A DNA stretch of 46,969 nucleotides, taken from the IMG/VR virus record IMGVR_UViG_3300045988_152627; one strand, written 5' to 3'. Shown in pieces: positions 45,948 to 46,969 of the stretch (positions within the stretch are counted from its first letter, which is position 1; every line of letters begins with the position of its first letter). The notes beneath the pieces were generated by a model that searched no databases, was not told the DNA's origin, and worked only from the letters and a program-made list of their open reading frames with translations. The stretch comes from a virus. Its lineage: Duplodnaviria; Heunggongvirae; Uroviricota; Caudoviricetes. Both the position numbers and the translations under genes were made by a program.

Positions 45948-46036
45948 TGTCGAGGCGCCCATGGATTGTTGTTGGTTTTTGTTTCTTTCCGTGGATGTCG
46001 CAAGAAGCCCGCAGATTTATCTGCGGGCTTTTTGTT
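45948..46036 (+). ncRNA. CopA-like antisense RNA candidate (countertranscript to the repA leader)
   Basis: Plus-strand promoter TTGCGT-N16-TATAAT (45914..45941), stem-loop AAAACCAAC/GTTGGTTTT, and terminator hairpin AGCCCGCAGA-TTTA-TCTGCGGGCT plus T-run (46006..46036). Confidence 0.5.
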
Positions 46037-46077
46037 TCCATATCTGGTCACTTTCCAACCAGACACCCACAATCATA

Positions 46078-46092
46078 ACCACGTTACGTGGT
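46078..46092. promoter_or_regulatory. Operator-like palindrome ACCACGTTACGTGGT upstream of the repA leader
   Basis: Same CCAC-N5-GTGG pattern as the repressor operators, between the invertase stop and the repA control region. Confidence 0.4.
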
Positions 46093-46222
46093 TTTAAGAG
46101 AACTCTACCACAACACTTTCGGTCATGCACGAAGTCTCTCACTGATCGAACGATAATCCACCAGTAAAAGGATCTAAATTGGATCTCGTTTTGCGAGCAT
46201 CATACTACTGGCCTAACTCCAG

Positions 46223-46777
46223 TCAATGATTCCCAGCCGGAAACCTGCGGTAAAGCGTGGATAAGGTAACATCGAAGATAATCGCTATCCGCTTACGTGA
46301 AACACCATTCGCAATAAGCCTTCCGATCTGTTCCCATTGCTCTGGTGCCAGTTTTGAGCGACGTCCTCCTATCCTGCCGTTAGCCCTTGCCACCGCCAAT
46401 CCTGCACGCGTTCTTTCAATCATATTTTCCCGCTCCATCTCTGCGACTGCACTCAGCATCGTGTAGGCAAAGCGGCCAATTGAAGTGCTGATTTTTATCC
46501 CTTCCGTAATTGAAATAAACTCAATGTCGTTTGATAAAAAATGGTTAAGTAAATCAACAAGATGAATCAGAGAACGCCCCATTCGGTCCAGCTTCCAGAC
46601 AATAACCGTATCGCCCGGTCGTAACACCTTCAGTAGCTTATCAAGTCCTGGTCGTTTTGATTTAGCACCGGATATTTTATCTTCAAAAATCCGGTCACAT
46701 CCTGAACTCCTGAGCGCCTCCAGTTGTAATTCCAAATTCTGGTCAAAAGTTGACACCCTCGCATAACCATATTGCAT
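46223..46777 (-). CDS. Serine-recombinase DNA invertase, Gin/Cin/Pin/Hin family
   Basis: 184 aa starting MQYGYARVSTFDQNLELQ (catalytic Ser motif); C-terminal HTH GGRRSKLAPEQWEQIGRLIANGVSRKRIAIIFDVTLSTLYRR closely parallels Gin. Confidence 0.9.
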   Translation of the reverse strand: MQYGYARVSTFDQNLELQLEALRSSGCDRIFEDKISGAKSKRPGLDKLLKVLRPGDTVIVWKLDRMGRSLIHLVDLLNHFLSNDIEFISITEGIKISTSIGRFAYTMLSAVAEMERENMIERTRAGLAVARANGRIGGRRSKLAPEQWEQIGRLIANGVSRKRIAIIFDVTLSTLYRRFPAGNH

Positions 46778-46841
46778 ACTTTCTAAACCGCGATTGTTGC
46801 TAAAAGCGGGAAAAAATATCGTTCAGACGACACAGAGGCAA

Positions 46842-46867
46842 TTCGCAAAAACCTCGGTTTGCAGGAA
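46842..46867. other. gix/cix-like invertase crossover site, right copy
   Basis: TTCGCAAAAACC-TC-GGTTTGCAGGAA; inverted relative to 103..128, sharing one half-site and core; 65 bp upstream of the invertase start. Confidence 0.6.
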
Positions 46868-46969
46868 ACGGTAAACAGGGCTGGTAACGCCGTGCAAAAA
46901 AATGGCGATACCTTGTCCGGTGGGCTTACTTTTGAAAATGACTCAATCCTTGCCTGGATTCGAAATACT
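46851..46969 (+). CDS. Start-codon-less alternative tail-fibre C-terminal segment (partial, runs off window end); also the right arm of the inverted repeat
   Basis: Plus-strand frame encodes LGLQETVNRAGNAVQKNGDTLSGGLTFENDSILAWIRNT, identical to the minus-strand tail-fibre frame at 1..119; no start codon or RBS. Confidence 0.65.

Noticed and set aside
45904-46041. N-terminal 46 codons of the long repA ORF (start at 46041)
   Set aside because: This segment coincides with the antisense-RNA promoter, stem-loops and terminator, and adds residues not found in RepA1-type initiators. The internal ATG at 45903 gives a protein of the expected length. A short leader peptide here is possible but not resolved.
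1-46969. Integrase, excisionase, att site, transposase, IS element or CRISPR array
   Set aside because: No ORF shows tyrosine- or serine-integrase-like motifs apart from the small Gin-type invertase. No terminal direct repeats or spacer-repeat arrays were seen. The only tRNA is internal and intact, so it is not an attachment junction.

Overview
The window reads as an essentially complete temperate phage genome maintained as a plasmid (a phage-plasmid), linearised at a tail-fibre inversion switch. Nearly all genes are on the minus strand. From low to high coordinate: a P2/Mu-like contractile tail module (tail fibre running off the window start, baseplate I/J/W/U/V, D, X, tape measure, frameshifted E/E+E' chaperone, tube, sheath), a lambda-like head module (capsid E-like, decoration D-like, S49 protease, portal, gpW, terminase large and small subunits), an accessory region with three ParB/Srx-domain genes (one fused to a methyltransferase) and an MT-A70 adenine methylase, a tRNA(CAU), a lysis cassette (holin, GH108 endolysin, nested Rz/Rz1), an early/nin-like region with a Q-like antiterminator, a CI-like repressor with CCAC-N5-GTGG operators, a ParA/RHH partition cassette, an antirepressor, several low-GC moron genes, a HigB/HigA toxin-antitoxin pair, an IncFII-type RepA replicon with a CopA-like antisense RNA and DnaA box, and a Gin/Cin-family invertase. 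No integrase, excisionase or att site was found. The first and last 119 bp of the window are perfect inverted repeats ending in gix-like crossover sites, so the invertible tail-fibre segment itself lies outside the window. All calls rest on reading of ORF translations and motifs by eye; no database search or folding was run.
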